Position numbers and translations under genes: made by a program. The notes under the pieces are model-generated. The model made no database searches and had not been told where the DNA came from. It was given only the letters and a program-made list of their open reading frames with translations. A stretch of DNA of 64,000 bases from Myxococcota bacterium (GTDB taxonomy: Bacteria; Myxococcota_A; Polyangia; Nannocystales; Nannocystaceae): positions 1-64,000 of the forward strand of contig JBCCWC010000012.1 of assembly GCA_039194325.1 (NCBI GenBank). The letters are read 5' to 3'. Below are positions 27,756 to 38,389 of the stretch, in pieces; the first letter of the stretch is position 1; each line of letters starts with the position of its first letter.

Positions 27756-28484
27756 CTAGGGCTGACTAGTTTCGCCGGGAAGCTCGTACGTCCCCATCAG
27801 CCGATCGGTGATGGCAAACGTGACGTTGAAGTTGACCCGGGTCATCCGCTCGAGCTGGTGGTGGTGATGGTGGTGCGCCCGCATGCGCGCCAGCTGAGGA
27901 CGACGCCCCCACCACGAGCGGCGCAGCACGGACAGCGGCAGGTGGTGCAGCGTGTGGATCACCTCGTAAAAGAGGAAGTAGGACACCGCCGAGATCAAGA
28001 ACACCCCCGACAGCCCCACCCCGCCGACGAGCCCCGCCACAACCACCAGCGGCGAGGCCCCCGCGAATACGAACAGCAGCGTGTACCAGGGCATCATCAC
28101 CACCGAGAGCTCGCACAGCTCGTCGATCTCCTGGTCGTGCCCGGCGAAGGCCCGATGATGGATGCAGGCATGGTTTGTGTAGAGCACGCGCGGCCGTAGC
28201 GGCCGATGCATGGGATAGCGGTGGGTCGCGTACTCGAACGCGTTGGCCACCAGCCAGAACACGGGGACCGCCAGCCACGCCCACCACGGGGCGCCCCAGG
28301 CGAGCCAGGTGCCCAAGCCGGCGATGGCCGCCGCGATCCCCATGGTTCGGGACAGGTGCGAGAACAGCGAAAAGGACCGGTCGATGACCCGATCGCGCGA
28401 AAACGGCCGCGGGCGCGCCGCCGCAGGCTCGGCCTCGACCGATCCCTGCGCCGCGTGGGGCGTGGCCAACGCACCGTCCGGCAT
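27756..28484 (-). CDS. Sterol desaturase / fatty-acid hydroxylase family protein (start uncertain)
   Basis: His boxes THRYPMH, HACIHH, HTLHH and HHHHHH; NFNVT. Confidence 0.85.
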   Translation of the reverse strand: MPDGALATPHAAQGSVEAEPAAARPRPFSRDRVIDRSFSLFSHLSRTMGIAAAIAGLGTWLAWGAPWWAWLAVPVFWLVANAFEYATHRYPMHRPLRPRVLYTNHACIHHRAFAGHDQEIDELCELSVVMMPWYTLLFVFAGASPLVVVAGLVGGVGLSGVFLISAVSYFLFYEVIHTLHHLPLSVLRRSWWGRRPQLARMRAHHHHHHQLERMTRVNFNVTFAITDRLMGTYELPGETSQP

Positions 28485-28714
28485 AGCTTCAGCATGACCT
28501 GCGCTCGCTCCCAAGGCCAGCGTTCCCGACCGGAACGATCCCTGCGCCCTGATACCCTCGCCGATTTTTCGCGCGAGCCACCGCCGCAACCGCTCGTCCA
28601 CCGTGCCGGCGAGGTTTGGACGATCGCTCGGATGAGGTGGACCTCCGACCGTGGGAAGGGCCCTGACCGCGGATCAGACTGCGTTCCGTCAGTTCGACAC
28701 GGAGTCACGATCCC

Positions 28715-29620
28715 ATGCGCTTGCTCGCCACTTCATCGCTTCTGTCCGTCTGCCTCTCCCTGACCGCATGCCCGAACGAGGGCAGTGACGACGCCGGCCA
28801 AGCCGATTCCTCGACGGGTATTCCGGGGGACACCGACCCCACCACCACCGCCGAGATCCCCACCGCCGATTCGTCGACCACCGGCGACCCCACCGACACC
28901 GGCGACCCCACCGACACCGAAGACCCCACCGACACCGAAGACCCCACCGACACCGAAGATCCCGAGCAGTCCCACTGGGGCGCCCTCGTGCTCGGCACGC
29001 TCTTCACCGACGACCTGACCGCGGCCCAACAGGTCCACGACATGGTGGCCATGGGCGGGGAAGAGCTCGCGATGGGCGCGGGCGACTACGGCCACGACGC
29101 GATGCTGGGCACCACGCTGCTGGGCACCACCGAGAATCAGTTCTTGGGGATCGATCAGTGGGACAACCTCGACGGAGCGATCGCGACCTACAGCGATCCG
29201 GACTTCCAGGCCGCCTTCTCCATGCTCTTCGCCAAGCCCCCCATGCCGCAGCTGTTCGAGCGCCGCGAAGACTGGCACGGCTGGGGCAGCCTCGAAGCGG
29301 CCGACGCCGAGAATGCCCACTGGTTCGTGGTCGTGCGCGGCCGACTGGTCGACCCCGACATCGACGCCATGCAGGCCATGCACGACGCGGTGGCCCGAGG
29401 TGGTGAGGCCCCGGCCATGGCGCTGGGCGACGTGGCCCACGTGGTGTGGGTGGGGACTCCGGACGATCCCCAGCAGTTCTTCGCGGTCGACGTGTGGACC
29501 GACGATGCCTCGATCGAGGCTTTCTACTCCGATCCGAACTTCCAGGCCGCCTTTGGCGCCTTGTTCGAGGCCCAGCCCTCGGTGGGGGTGTACCGCTCCA
29601 CCGACTGGCACCAGTGGTAG
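28715..29620 (+). CDS. Lipoprotein with two tandem homologous alpha/beta-barrel-like domains and a PTDT(G/E)D linker
   Basis: Lipobox LSLTAC; internal duplication (HDxVAxGGE...D.W....YSDPxFQAAF...W); 18-bp repeat x4 at 28886-28957. Confidence 0.8.
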   Translation: MRLLATSSLLSVCLSLTACPNEGSDDAGQADSSTGIPGDTDPTTTAEIPTADSSTTGDPTDTGDPTDTEDPTDTEDPTDTEDPEQSHWGALVLGTLFTDDLTAAQQVHDMVAMGGEELAMGAGDYGHDAMLGTTLLGTTENQFLGIDQWDNLDGAIATYSDPDFQAAFSMLFAKPPMPQLFERREDWHGWGSLEAADAENAHWFVVVRGRLVDPDIDAMQAMHDAVARGGEAPAMALGDVAHVVWVGTPDDPQQFFAVDVWTDDASIEAFYSDPNFQAAFGALFEAQPSVGVYRSTDWHQW

Positions 29621-29623
29621 CCC

Positions 29624-29739
29624 GGGGGGCTTTGCGAAAGCCCTATCGTTGACCAGTACGAGCCGTAAGGCGAGCGTTGGGGGTGAGCGTAGGGGGCTCC
29701 GCCCCCGAAGCGAGGGGGCTTTGCGAAAGCCCCCTATCG
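29624..29739. repeat. Pair of palindromic REP-like units (GGGCTTTGCGAAAGCCC) between convergent genes; may act as a bidirectional terminator
   Basis: Copies at 29627-29643 and 29714-29734; a related GCGAGGGGGCTTT occurs at 34621. Confidence 0.7.
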
Positions 29740-29742
29740 AAC

Positions 29743-30705
29743 TTAATGCAGTACCGAAGCGACGCCGTCACGGCGGTACTGCACGGGGCTGACGCCGATC
29801 ACCTTTTTGAAGACCCGGCTGAACGCGTCCTCGGACGAGTACCCCACCCGCTCGGCCAGCTCGCCCAGGCTCAGGCTCTGCTGGGCGAGCAGATCGGCGG
29901 CGACCCACATGCGCCAGCGCGCCAGGTAGCGGGCCGGAGACTCGCCCACCAGCTCGCTGAAGCGAGCAAAGAACGAAGAGCGAGACATGCCGGCCCGCGA
30001 CGCGAGGCTCGACGCGGTCCACTTGCCCCCCGGATCGTGGTGCATGGTGGCGATAGCGCGACCGATCCGCTCGTCGCGGAGCGCCGACAGCCAGCCCCCA
30101 CCGCGCTCGGGCGCTTGCTCTACACACGCGCGCAGCAAGTGGATGACCAGCACGTCGGTCAGGCGGGCGACCATGATCTCGGCCCCAGGCGAGCGGCGAT
30201 CGAGCTCGTGGGCCAGCATGTCGATCGTGGTGTCGAGCCACGCTCCCACGCCCCCCGATCCGCGCCCGCGGGCATGCATCACCGGGGGCAACGCCGAGAG
30301 CATCACATCGCCGCCCGCGTGGCGCAGCGCGAAGCTGCCGCAGATGATCCGGGTCTGCTCGCCGCTGCCCCCGTACTCCAGGGTCTCCACACAACGACCG
30401 TCGTTGCGCATGGCCAGCTGACCCAGCGGCGCGGGGATGCTCCCCCCGCCGTCGCTGAGCACGTGCGGATCACCCCGAGTCAGCAACGCCACGTCGCCGG
30501 GGCCGAGGCACAGCGGGGCCGGGCCGTTGTCGGGGCGCAGGTGGCACTCGCCCTCCACCACCGCGTGGAAGATCGCCCCGGGCAAGCCCTGGGTAGACAC
30601 AGCCCAGGGCGAGCCAAGGTGAGCCCGGGACATCACGCTGGTCTCCAGCCGAAACGAGCGGAGCACCTCGCGCAGCGCGTCCTCGACCGACCGCTCTGTC
30701 TCCAT
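29743..30705 (-). CDS. AraC-family transcriptional regulator (cupin sensor + HTH)
   Basis: FHAVVEG cupin; AGMSRSSF, RWRM and GYSSEDAFSRVFKK HTH motifs. Confidence 0.95.
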   Translation of the reverse strand: METERSVEDALREVLRSFRLETSVMSRAHLGSPWAVSTQGLPGAIFHAVVEGECHLRPDNGPAPLCLGPGDVALLTRGDPHVLSDGGGSIPAPLGQLAMRNDGRCVETLEYGGSGEQTRIICGSFALRHAGGDVMLSALPPVMHARGRGSGGVGAWLDTTIDMLAHELDRRSPGAEIMVARLTDVLVIHLLRACVEQAPERGGGWLSALRDERIGRAIATMHHDPGGKWTASSLASRAGMSRSSFFARFSELVGESPARYLARWRMWVAADLLAQQSLSLGELAERVGYSSEDAFSRVFKKVIGVSPVQYRRDGVASVLH

Positions 30706-30817
30706 GGGCCTACTATACGACCTGCCGCCCAGCGTAGCTCGGCCGTTGGACGATCGCGCGGGCCTTTTGGACGCGCGCCCATGGCCACACCGACGCCACG
30801 AGCGCACTGTGCACTCC

Positions 30818-31174
30818 ATGACGATCCTCGGATCCAATGTACGCTGTGTCGCCGCCCTCGAGCACCGAGACGCGATCATGCGCTTCTATACGGAGATCTT
30901 CGGCGCCAGAGCGGTCCATCCCGCCCCTGATCTCGACGTGTATGCGATGGACGGCGATAGCCACGTGGGCGTGTACTTCGTGCCGGCCGAGCAGGCACTC
31001 ACGCCCAAGCAGCACGAAGCGGTGGGCACGTGGATCGAGCTTGCGGTCGACGACGTCGACGCCATCCAGGCCGAGCTTGAGCGCCGCAGCTTCGCACCGC
31101 TTCAGTACCACGACAAGGAGCACGCCTACTTCCAGGCCCCCGGGGGCCAGGTGTTCCGGCTCGCCTCACGCTGA
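30818..31174 (+). CDS. VOC/glyoxalase superfamily protein
   Basis: FYTEIFG, ELAVDDVD and YFQAPGGQVFRL motifs; divergent from the AraC gene. Confidence 0.8.
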   Translation: MTILGSNVRCVAALEHRDAIMRFYTEIFGARAVHPAPDLDVYAMDGDSHVGVYFVPAEQALTPKQHEAVGTWIELAVDDVDAIQAELERRSFAPLQYHDKEHAYFQAPGGQVFRLASR

Positions 31175-31200
31175 GGATCTCTAGGCCGAGGCCGCGCCGT

Positions 31201-33474
31201 CTACCGCCCCAGCTTCGAGCGCACCTTCTCGAGGCGAGCCCCGGCGTCTCGGTGCCCCAGCGCCTGGGCCCGACGATACTGCGCCTTGGCCTCTTGATAC
31301 CGAAATACCTTGAAGTAGGCGTCGCCCAGGTGGATCCGATAGCTGCCGCGATTGCCGGCCAGGTCGACCGCTCGCTTCCCGTACGAGACCGCCTGCTGAT
31401 AGTTGCCGCGGGCGAACGCGACCTGCGACAGACCATCGAGCGCCCGATGGCTACGATGGTCCTGATCGAGTGCACGGTGAAAGAGGGTCTCGGCCCGCGC
31501 CCGCTTGCCCGAGCGTAACGAGCTCAGCCCCCGCTGGACGAGCTCGGCCGAGCGCTTGACCTCGTGCTCCGCAACCTCGTCGCTTCCCTCGCCCACAGCC
31601 CCGAGTGGATCCGCGGGTGTAGGCTCGGGCAGCGTGGGCTTGCCCGACAGCGACGAAGGCTCGGACCTGCGTCCCCCCCGCTTGGGCCGCGCCGCTACCC
31701 GGGCTTCCACGTTCGCCTGCTCTTGCTCGATGAGCTTTAGGATCCGGATCTCGGTCTGGAGGCCGTGCTCATCCCCCTTGTTGCCGATCTCCTCTAGCTT
31801 GCGCACGCGCTCTTGCTCGTCGTCCTCGGCGAGCGCCAGCAGCAGCTCGCTGGCCGTGAGCTCCACCGCGGCGAAGTCCAGGGTCTTGGCCTTGCGTCGC
31901 AGCTCGGTGAGCGCCCCCGGCGTGATCGGAGCCCGCTGACGAATGTGATCCCGGCTCGGATCGAACACCAAGGCCGCGATGTAGTAGTCAACGGCGAAGG
32001 GGCGGCCCCCCTCGTGATCCCAGTAGCGATCGCCCAGGCGCACCAGCGTATCGGCAAACTCCCGACGTAGCTGCCCCGCAACCTCCAGGGCCCGCTCGCC
32101 CAGCGTGTGGGCCTCCCTCTCCAGGTCGACCACCTCGAGGTAGGCGGTCCGAGCGTCGGGCTCGTCGGGCGGCGGGTAGAGGTAAAACGCGCGAGCCGCC
32201 GCCGCCCGAGCGGCGTCGACACGGGCGGCGATCCGATCCTCGACCTCGCTGGAATCGTCCCCGGAGCGCGTCACCATCACCCCGACGACGACCACAACGA
32301 GCGCCACAACGAGCGCCCAAGCCCAGGCCCGCCCGGGTTTTCGCAGCGCGTGGGCCGGCTGGGGCATGTTGCGTACCAACGCCTCGTACCGGGCCAGCGG
32401 CTCCACTCGGGGCAGCGGCAGCTCATCCCACGGCGTGACGATCTTCGCGGAGATCTGCGCCTCGCAGATCGCCGCCTCGAGCTCGCGCATGTCCTCGTAG
32501 CGTTTCTCGGGGTCCTTCTCCAGGCAGCGCATCAGCACCGCCTCGAGGGCGGCCGGGATCTCGACCGAAGGGTTGACCGCGGACGGTAGCGGCGGAGGCT
32601 CGGTACACACCCGGCGTAGCAGCGCAAGCACGTCGTTGCCATAGAAGGGCGGTGATCCGGTGAGCATGTGGAACGCCACCGCACCCACCGCATAGATATC
32701 GAGGCGATGATCGAAGCGCTCGCCCAGGGCCTGCTCGGGGGCCATGTAGTGAGGCGTGCCCTCCCGTTGGGCTTCGGCTCCCGTGCCCCCTTCGGCGAGC
32801 ACCGCGGCCACGCCGAAATCGACGACCTTCACCACGTCGTCTCGACCCTGATTGCGCACCAGCATGATGTTGCCGGGCTTGATGTCGCGATGGATCACGT
32901 TGGCGTCGTGGGCCGCGGCCAGCCCCTTGCACAGCTGCCGGAGCATTCCGATGAGCGAGGCGACCTCCATGGGGCCCTCGGTGAGCCGGCGGGCCAGGCT
33001 GTACCCGTGCAGCAGCTCCATGGCGAACCACAGCCGCCCGTCAGGGAGCTCGCCGAAGTCATAGATCTCGACGATGTTGGAGACTTGGCCGTCCTCACTA
33101 CGACCGGCTCGCGAGACCGCGCGGGCTTCCTCGCGAAACATGCGGGCCTGCCGGGAGCTGGGGTCGGCCTCCTTGCGAAGCACCTTGAGCGCCACGCGAC
33201 GCTCGATGTCGACGTGCTCGCACTCGTAGACCACGCCCATGCCCCCCTCACCGAGCCAGCCCACGATGCGATAGCGAGTCCCCGCCACCAGCTTGCCGAG
33301 ACCGAGGCGAACCGGCGCGAGCACCTGCACCCCCGCGCGGTCGGCATCGAGGTGCTGGGGATCGGTCCACAGCGGCTCGTGCAAGCGCACCCTAGAGAGG
33401 CTCGCCTCCCGGGGCCTCGCCCTGCCGGGCTCCGGCGCGGGCTTCGGCCCGTGCGCCCTGCCGTCGCCATCCAT
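31201..33474 (-). CDS. Serine/threonine protein kinase with a TM segment and C-terminal TPRs
   Basis: GEGGMG, HRDIKPGN, DFG and GTPHYMAPE motifs. Confidence 0.95.
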   Translation of the reverse strand: MDGDGRAHGPKPAPEPGRARPREASLSRVRLHEPLWTDPQHLDADRAGVQVLAPVRLGLGKLVAGTRYRIVGWLGEGGMGVVYECEHVDIERRVALKVLRKEADPSSRQARMFREEARAVSRAGRSEDGQVSNIVEIYDFGELPDGRLWFAMELLHGYSLARRLTEGPMEVASLIGMLRQLCKGLAAAHDANVIHRDIKPGNIMLVRNQGRDDVVKVVDFGVAAVLAEGGTGAEAQREGTPHYMAPEQALGERFDHRLDIYAVGAVAFHMLTGSPPFYGNDVLALLRRVCTEPPPLPSAVNPSVEIPAALEAVLMRCLEKDPEKRYEDMRELEAAICEAQISAKIVTPWDELPLPRVEPLARYEALVRNMPQPAHALRKPGRAWAWALVVALVVVVVGVMVTRSGDDSSEVEDRIAARVDAARAAAARAFYLYPPPDEPDARTAYLEVVDLEREAHTLGERALEVAGQLRREFADTLVRLGDRYWDHEGGRPFAVDYYIAALVFDPSRDHIRQRAPITPGALTELRRKAKTLDFAAVELTASELLLALAEDDEQERVRKLEEIGNKGDEHGLQTEIRILKLIEQEQANVEARVAARPKRGGRRSEPSSLSGKPTLPEPTPADPLGAVGEGSDEVAEHEVKRSAELVQRGLSSLRSGKRARAETLFHRALDQDHRSHRALDGLSQVAFARGNYQQAVSYGKRAVDLAGNRGSYRIHLGDAYFKVFRYQEAKAQYRRAQALGHRDAGARLEKVRSKLGR

Positions 33475-33639
33475 CGGTGCCTCGACCTCGAAGAGCCGGC
33501 ATCATACGCGCCTCGGCCCACAGATCGAAGCACGACACCAAAGGGGGCCAGGCCCACGACGTAGTGACCAACACCGGACTCGGGCCTCGCACCGAGGGCC
33601 TACCGTCGCGACCTTTGGTGCCGTGTATGATCCCCCACC

Positions 33640-34617
33640 ATGGCGTGGCTCGCTCCGCTGGGTGTGGCGCTCGGCTTGTTGCTCGGCCCGGCCCAGCCGA
33701 GCTCGATCTCCGCCGTGAGCACGCTGCCGCTGGCCCTGCCCAAGAAGGTCTCTCGGCCCGACCGCAAGGCCCTCCGCTCCCGCTTCGAGGACGGCATCAC
33801 CCGGGCCGGCTTCGAGCACCGCCCCGCCCCGGCCAGCGCCCGAGACTGCAAAGAGGCCGATTGCTACCGCCGCGCCGCCGAGTCAGCCGGTATCGAGGTG
33901 TTCGTAGGCGGCACGATCGAACGCAAGGGACCGGACCATGCGATCGAGCTGTACGCCATCGCCGGTGACACGGGCGAGGTGATCGCATCGGTCGACGGCC
34001 TGTGTGAGATCTGCGGGATCGGTGAGCTCGGAGACATGGTCGGCTCCCTGGCCGCGCGTCTTCGCCCCGCGCTCGACAACAGCATGCTCCCGACCGTGCT
34101 CCTCGTCGAGAGCGACCCCTCGGGGGCGGAGGTCTGGGTGGACGGGGCACAGCTGGGCACCACCCCACTCGAGGCCAACATCTCTCCGGGCACGCACGAG
34201 CTCGAGGTGATCAAGCGTGGGCATCGAACCGAGCACGTGGAGCTCGACGCACGGTCGGGGGTCAAGGCGTCCTTCTCGTTTCGCCTGGCCCGGACCACGG
34301 CCCTGCCTCAGTGGGTCCACTGGACGGCGCTGGGGGTGGGCGCAGGCTCGCTCGGTGGCGGGATCGCCCTGCTGGTGATCGACGAGCGACCCATCGAGCG
34401 CGATTGCAATCCCGACGCCGAGGGGCGTTGCGAGTTCCTCCACGACACCCTCGAAGGCGGCGTGGCCCTCACCATGGTGGGGATCGCCTTGGTCGGCACC
34501 GGGGTGGGCCTGCTGATTGACCAGGCGAAAAAAGACCGGCTCCAGCGCAGTGGCGGGCAAGCGCGACTCCAGCTGGTCCCCGGTCTGCGAGGAGCGAGCT
34601 TGGTGGGCCGCTTCTAA
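33640..34617 (+). CDS. PEGA-domain secreted/membrane protein
   Basis: VESDPSGAEVWVDG..LGTTPL PEGA motif; C-terminal hydrophobic hairpins. Confidence 0.88.
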   Translation: MAWLAPLGVALGLLLGPAQPSSISAVSTLPLALPKKVSRPDRKALRSRFEDGITRAGFEHRPAPASARDCKEADCYRRAAESAGIEVFVGGTIERKGPDHAIELYAIAGDTGEVIASVDGLCEICGIGELGDMVGSLAARLRPALDNSMLPTVLLVESDPSGAEVWVDGAQLGTTPLEANISPGTHELEVIKRGHRTEHVELDARSGVKASFSFRLARTTALPQWVHWTALGVGAGSLGGGIALLVIDERPIERDCNPDAEGRCEFLHDTLEGGVALTMVGIALVGTGVGLLIDQAKKDRLQRSGGQARLQLVPGLRGASLVGRF

Positions 34618-34674
34618 TCTGCGAGGGGGCTTTCTTGCGGCTCACACTCGTCCTAAAAGGGGCCTACCCGACGC

Positions 34675-35301
34675 TCAACCGCAGACGTCCTTCATACACT
34701 CCCAAAAGATGTTGCAATCATTGTCACCGTCGCAGGGATCGCCGGGCTCGCCCGTCTGGCACATCTCGAGGGGTCCACACCGGTTGGTGGGGAAACGGCA
34801 ATCGTTGTTATTGGCGCAAGGATCCCCCTTGCTTCCATCCTGACAAGACATCTCGCCACCACAGATGTCGGTGGGGAACCGGCATTCATCGTCTCGGTGA
34901 CAGGGATCTCCCTCGCTCCCATCTTGGCAATAATCTTCACCACCGCAGATATTGGAGGGGATTTGACAGTCGTCATCGTTCTCGCAGGGATCTCCTTCGT
35001 TCCCGTCCTGACACCCCTGCGGCCCACACACTAAGCCAACGGGGCAATCGGACTCATCGGAGCACGGCAATCCCTCGGTCTCTACATCCCCCTCCGATGA
35101 GGACGAACCGAGCCCGCCGGTGGTCGTGTCGGCTCCGGCCGTACTCTGGCTCATCGACCCGGTCACCATCGTGGTGCTCACGGCGGCCGTAGCCGCCCCC
35201 GTAGACGAGCCGGCCCCCGCGGCCCCCTCCCACTCCGGGTTGGGCTGTCGACACCCGGGCAGCGTCATCAAGCCGACGCCGAGCACGAACCACTGCCGCA
35301 T
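34675..35301 (-). CDS. Cys-rich repeat lipoprotein
   Basis: Lipobox LPGC; repeats of CQDGxEGDPCxxxxDC. Confidence 0.8.
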   Translation of the reverse strand: MRQWFVLGVGLMTLPGCRQPNPEWEGAAGAGSSTGAATAAVSTTMVTGSMSQSTAGADTTTGGLGSSSSEGDVETEGLPCSDESDCPVGLVCGPQGCQDGNEGDPCENDDDCQIPSNICGGEDYCQDGSEGDPCHRDDECRFPTDICGGEMSCQDGSKGDPCANNNDCRFPTNRCGPLEMCQTGEPGDPCDGDNDCNIFWECMKDVCG

Positions 35302-35410
35302 GCGAGCAGTATCTCCATCGACGACCCACCCGAGCAATCCCCGTCCCATGGTGCCAAGAGGTACGCCCCCAACGAGCACGAGACGGAGCCACGGGGACGA
35401 CGTTCCGACC

Positions 35411-35488
35411 CCACGGGGGGTCCACCACGGGGGGTTCACCACGGGGGGTTCACCACGGGGGGTTCACCACGGGTGGCTCGTGAACCCC
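35411..35488. repeat. 14-bp tandem repeat x4 (CCACGGGGGGTTCA) whose last unit pairs with GTGAACCCC to form a probable terminator stem
   Basis: Read directly; lies just after the stop of the minus-strand vWA gene. Confidence 0.75.
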
Positions 35489-35491
35489 GGC

Positions 35492-36541
35492 CTAGCCCGG
35501 CGGCTGGAAGTTATTGCAGGCCCCCTCGATCACCGACACCGCGTCGGCGAAGATCGGTCCGTAATCGGGCTCGCACACGCCACCCAAGAAGCCATTGTCA
35601 CCGAAGAGATTGACGAAGTCGTAGATGTGCACCCCGTCGAAGGCCGCCGAGTCGGGCGTACAGGTCATGCTCTGTTGCCAGTTGATGAGCGCCAGAGCCA
35701 CCGCGTTCTCGGAAATGCCTAGCTTGGCGGCGACCACCGCGTCGTACCAGTCTTGGGGCGTCCCCGAGGACCCCTGGTTCTCCGGGTCGCCCGGTCCGTC
35801 CCACTCGTCGGTGATGATCACGATCACCAACAGGGCATCGTCGCGCAAGAAGCCCTCGTTGCACTGGCCGACACCGCCGTTGTCCCGATTGACCACACTC
35901 ACCAGTGCGTCCATGGGCCGCTCGGTGCCGCTGCCGCTGGTTCCCACCTGGGCCGCACACGCAAAGGACTGGCTGAGGTCGTCGGCTTCCGTCATGTAGT
36001 TGCGACCCGCCGCATAGGGACCACACACCGCATTGCTGGAGAAGTTACCGCCCGTCTCGGTCACCAGCCCGCCGAAGACGCTGCATCCCGGGCCGTTGGG
36101 TCCGTAATCGTCGGTGGTGACCACGCCCACTTGATACTCGTCGACCTGCTCGAGCGAGCTTTGGATCCCCTCGATGAACCCCGGAAAGCTACCCACGAGG
36201 TTGGCTTGCTCATCGTTCATGCTGCCCGAGTTGTCGATGATGAACAAGAAGTCGACCTTGGTGCAGCCCTGCTCGATATCCACGAAGATGTCGGGCATCT
36301 CGTTGACATCGAACTTGAGGGGGCCGTCGTCGCTGCTATCCTGCAAACCCCCCATGGTGGCCACCGAGTCGGTGTTTCCTCCGGTAGGCTCACCGGTGCC
36401 ACCGGTGCCCTCGGAGTTGTTGGTATCCGAGAGGCTGCCGATCCCCGAGCCGCTCTCACTGCGACCTTCGCCGACTCCCTCACAGGCGATGAGCAAACCA
36501 GCGACGCCGACCATCGACGCCCACGATGCTGAGCTCCGCAT
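35492..36541 (-). CDS. vWA/MIDAS-like domain lipoprotein (myxobacterial family)
   Basis: Lipobox LLIAC; DFLFIIDNSGSM (DxSxS) and IITDE motifs. Confidence 0.85.
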   Translation of the reverse strand: MRSSASWASMVGVAGLLIACEGVGEGRSESGSGIGSLSDTNNSEGTGGTGEPTGGNTDSVATMGGLQDSSDDGPLKFDVNEMPDIFVDIEQGCTKVDFLFIIDNSGSMNDEQANLVGSFPGFIEGIQSSLEQVDEYQVGVVTTDDYGPNGPGCSVFGGLVTETGGNFSSNAVCGPYAAGRNYMTEADDLSQSFACAAQVGTSGSGTERPMDALVSVVNRDNGGVGQCNEGFLRDDALLVIVIITDEWDGPGDPENQGSSGTPQDWYDAVVAAKLGISENAVALALINWQQSMTCTPDSAAFDGVHIYDFVNLFGDNGFLGGVCEPDYGPIFADAVSVIEGACNNFQPPG

Positions 36542-36923
36542 TGTCTCGTCCTCCCCGCGCAACCCTCGGTCACGCCTACGACGAGCCAACGCTAGCATTT
36601 TCGAGTACGTCGATGTGGGGGTTGCATCCCCCTTTGACCACATTCTCAAGAGTGCGTTCGTCCACGCCCGATTTCGAGGTATCTGCCCCCACACGCCTTA
36701 TGGAGCGGCGCAAACCGCTCATCGCGCCGGGCGCGGGACCGACCAGGGCACGTAGCCCCTGCGATCCGAGCGCTCCGCTCGAAGCCGCAAAGGAGGATCC
36801 GTCCGGCGGATCCACGGGAGCGGAGCCGTCCGGCGGATCCACGGGAGCGGTCCCGCCGGAGCGGATCCGCTGGAAGTGGTTCCACCGGAGCGGAGTCGCT
36901 GGACGTGGTGCCGCTGGAGTGAA

Positions 36924-37982
36924 TCAGTTGGGCGGGATGTAGTTCTCACACGCGACGTCGATGATGGCGATCGCCTCGTCGAAGAACGGTGCATAGTCCG
37001 GAGCGCAGATCGGCACCTGGAAGCCGTTGTCGCCCCACATGTCCGTGAACATGGCCATCCCCAGGGCATCGTCGAAGCCACAGCCGCCGCCTGGGGTATT
37101 GATGATGGAGACCACCACCACATTCTCGGGAATGCCGGCCTTGGCTACGAGCACCTCGTCGTACCAGGTCATGGGGAAGCCGATCGAGTCGGTGTCGCTC
37201 TCGTCGGTGATGATCACGATCACCAGCAGAGCCTCTTCCCGAATGAACCCCTCGTTACACTCGCCCGGGTCGCCTTCGATCCGCTGCACCGTCTCGACCA
37301 CCGCCTGCATGGGCCGCTCGGCCGCGCTGCCGCTGGTGCCCACCTGGGCCGCACAGCTGAACGCGGTGGCCAGATCGTCCATCTCGGTCATGTAGTTGTT
37401 GCCCTCGTCATAAGGGCCACACGTGCTGTTGCTGGAGTTACCCCCGCCGGTCTGCACCACCAGCGACGACAGCTGGTTGCAGCCCGGGACGTTGTAGGTA
37501 TAGGCGTCAGTCGTGACCACGCCCACCTGATAGGAGTCGACCGTCTCTAGTACGGTCTGGATCCCGTTGATGAACGCGGGGAAGTTGGCGACGAGGCTGG
37601 CCTGCTCGTCGCCCATGCTGCCCGAGTTGTCGATGACGAACAGGAAGTCGACCTCGCCGCACTGCTCGTCGAACGGCGGCGCCTCGGGGATCGGCGGGAA
37701 GTCGAAGAGGATCGGAGGACCGGTCACCTCGGCCACGCCCGAGGAGCTGCTCGTGCCTTCGGGATCGGCCATCGTGGTGCCCGAGCCTCCCGGCTGCGGC
37801 GTGGGGTCATCAGTGGTCGGCGGCAGAGGGGCCCCGGAGCTCACCCCGGGCGTTGGTGATTCAGTAGTGGTGGTGCCGTTGGATTCGTCGTCGTCGTCGA
37901 CCCCGGTGGGCAACCCGGGGCAACCGAGCAAGGGCAGACAGAGCGACAGGGCGAGAAATGGCGACCGTGGCGAGTGGTGCAT
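36924..37982 (-). CDS. vWA/MIDAS-like domain lipoprotein (tandem paralog of 35492-36541)
   Basis: Lipobox LLGC; DFLFVIDNSGSM; strong similarity to its neighbour. Confidence 0.85.
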   Translation of the reverse strand: MHHSPRSPFLALSLCLPLLGCPGLPTGVDDDDESNGTTTTESPTPGVSSGAPLPPTTDDPTPQPGGSGTTMADPEGTSSSSGVAEVTGPPILFDFPPIPEAPPFDEQCGEVDFLFVIDNSGSMGDEQASLVANFPAFINGIQTVLETVDSYQVGVVTTDAYTYNVPGCNQLSSLVVQTGGGNSSNSTCGPYDEGNNYMTEMDDLATAFSCAAQVGTSGSAAERPMQAVVETVQRIEGDPGECNEGFIREEALLVIVIITDESDTDSIGFPMTWYDEVLVAKAGIPENVVVVSIINTPGGGCGFDDALGMAMFTDMWGDNGFQVPICAPDYAPFFDEAIAIIDVACENYIPPN

Positions 37983-38389
37983 GGTTGGGACGACCTCGAC
38001 GAATGAATTACCGAACAACCGCAGGTGCCGTGAAATCTACCGCAAAATGAGCCTCACTGGCTCATGATGTCGATCGAACGCGACGCCCAAGAACCTTCGG
38101 GGCGACGGCGATCGACTCGTGGCCGGGCACGAAGAGGGGTCTGGAGCCGACATCGCGTCTGATGCGCCCTCGTGCTCGGCCCGCCAGGCGGCTACCCATT
38201 GGGCCTGTCGCCCAACGTCCTGCCCAACGTTCAATGGGCCCGAAGCGTAGTCATGCGCCCGCTGTGCCAGCAATGTGGTGATTGGCCCCCAAGGCTCCCC
38301 TCAAGGGCCGCTATCGTCTCAGGGGCCATCGTCTCAGGGGCCATCGTCTCAGGGATAGCCCCACGTGCCCGAAATCCGCTACAGGACCC

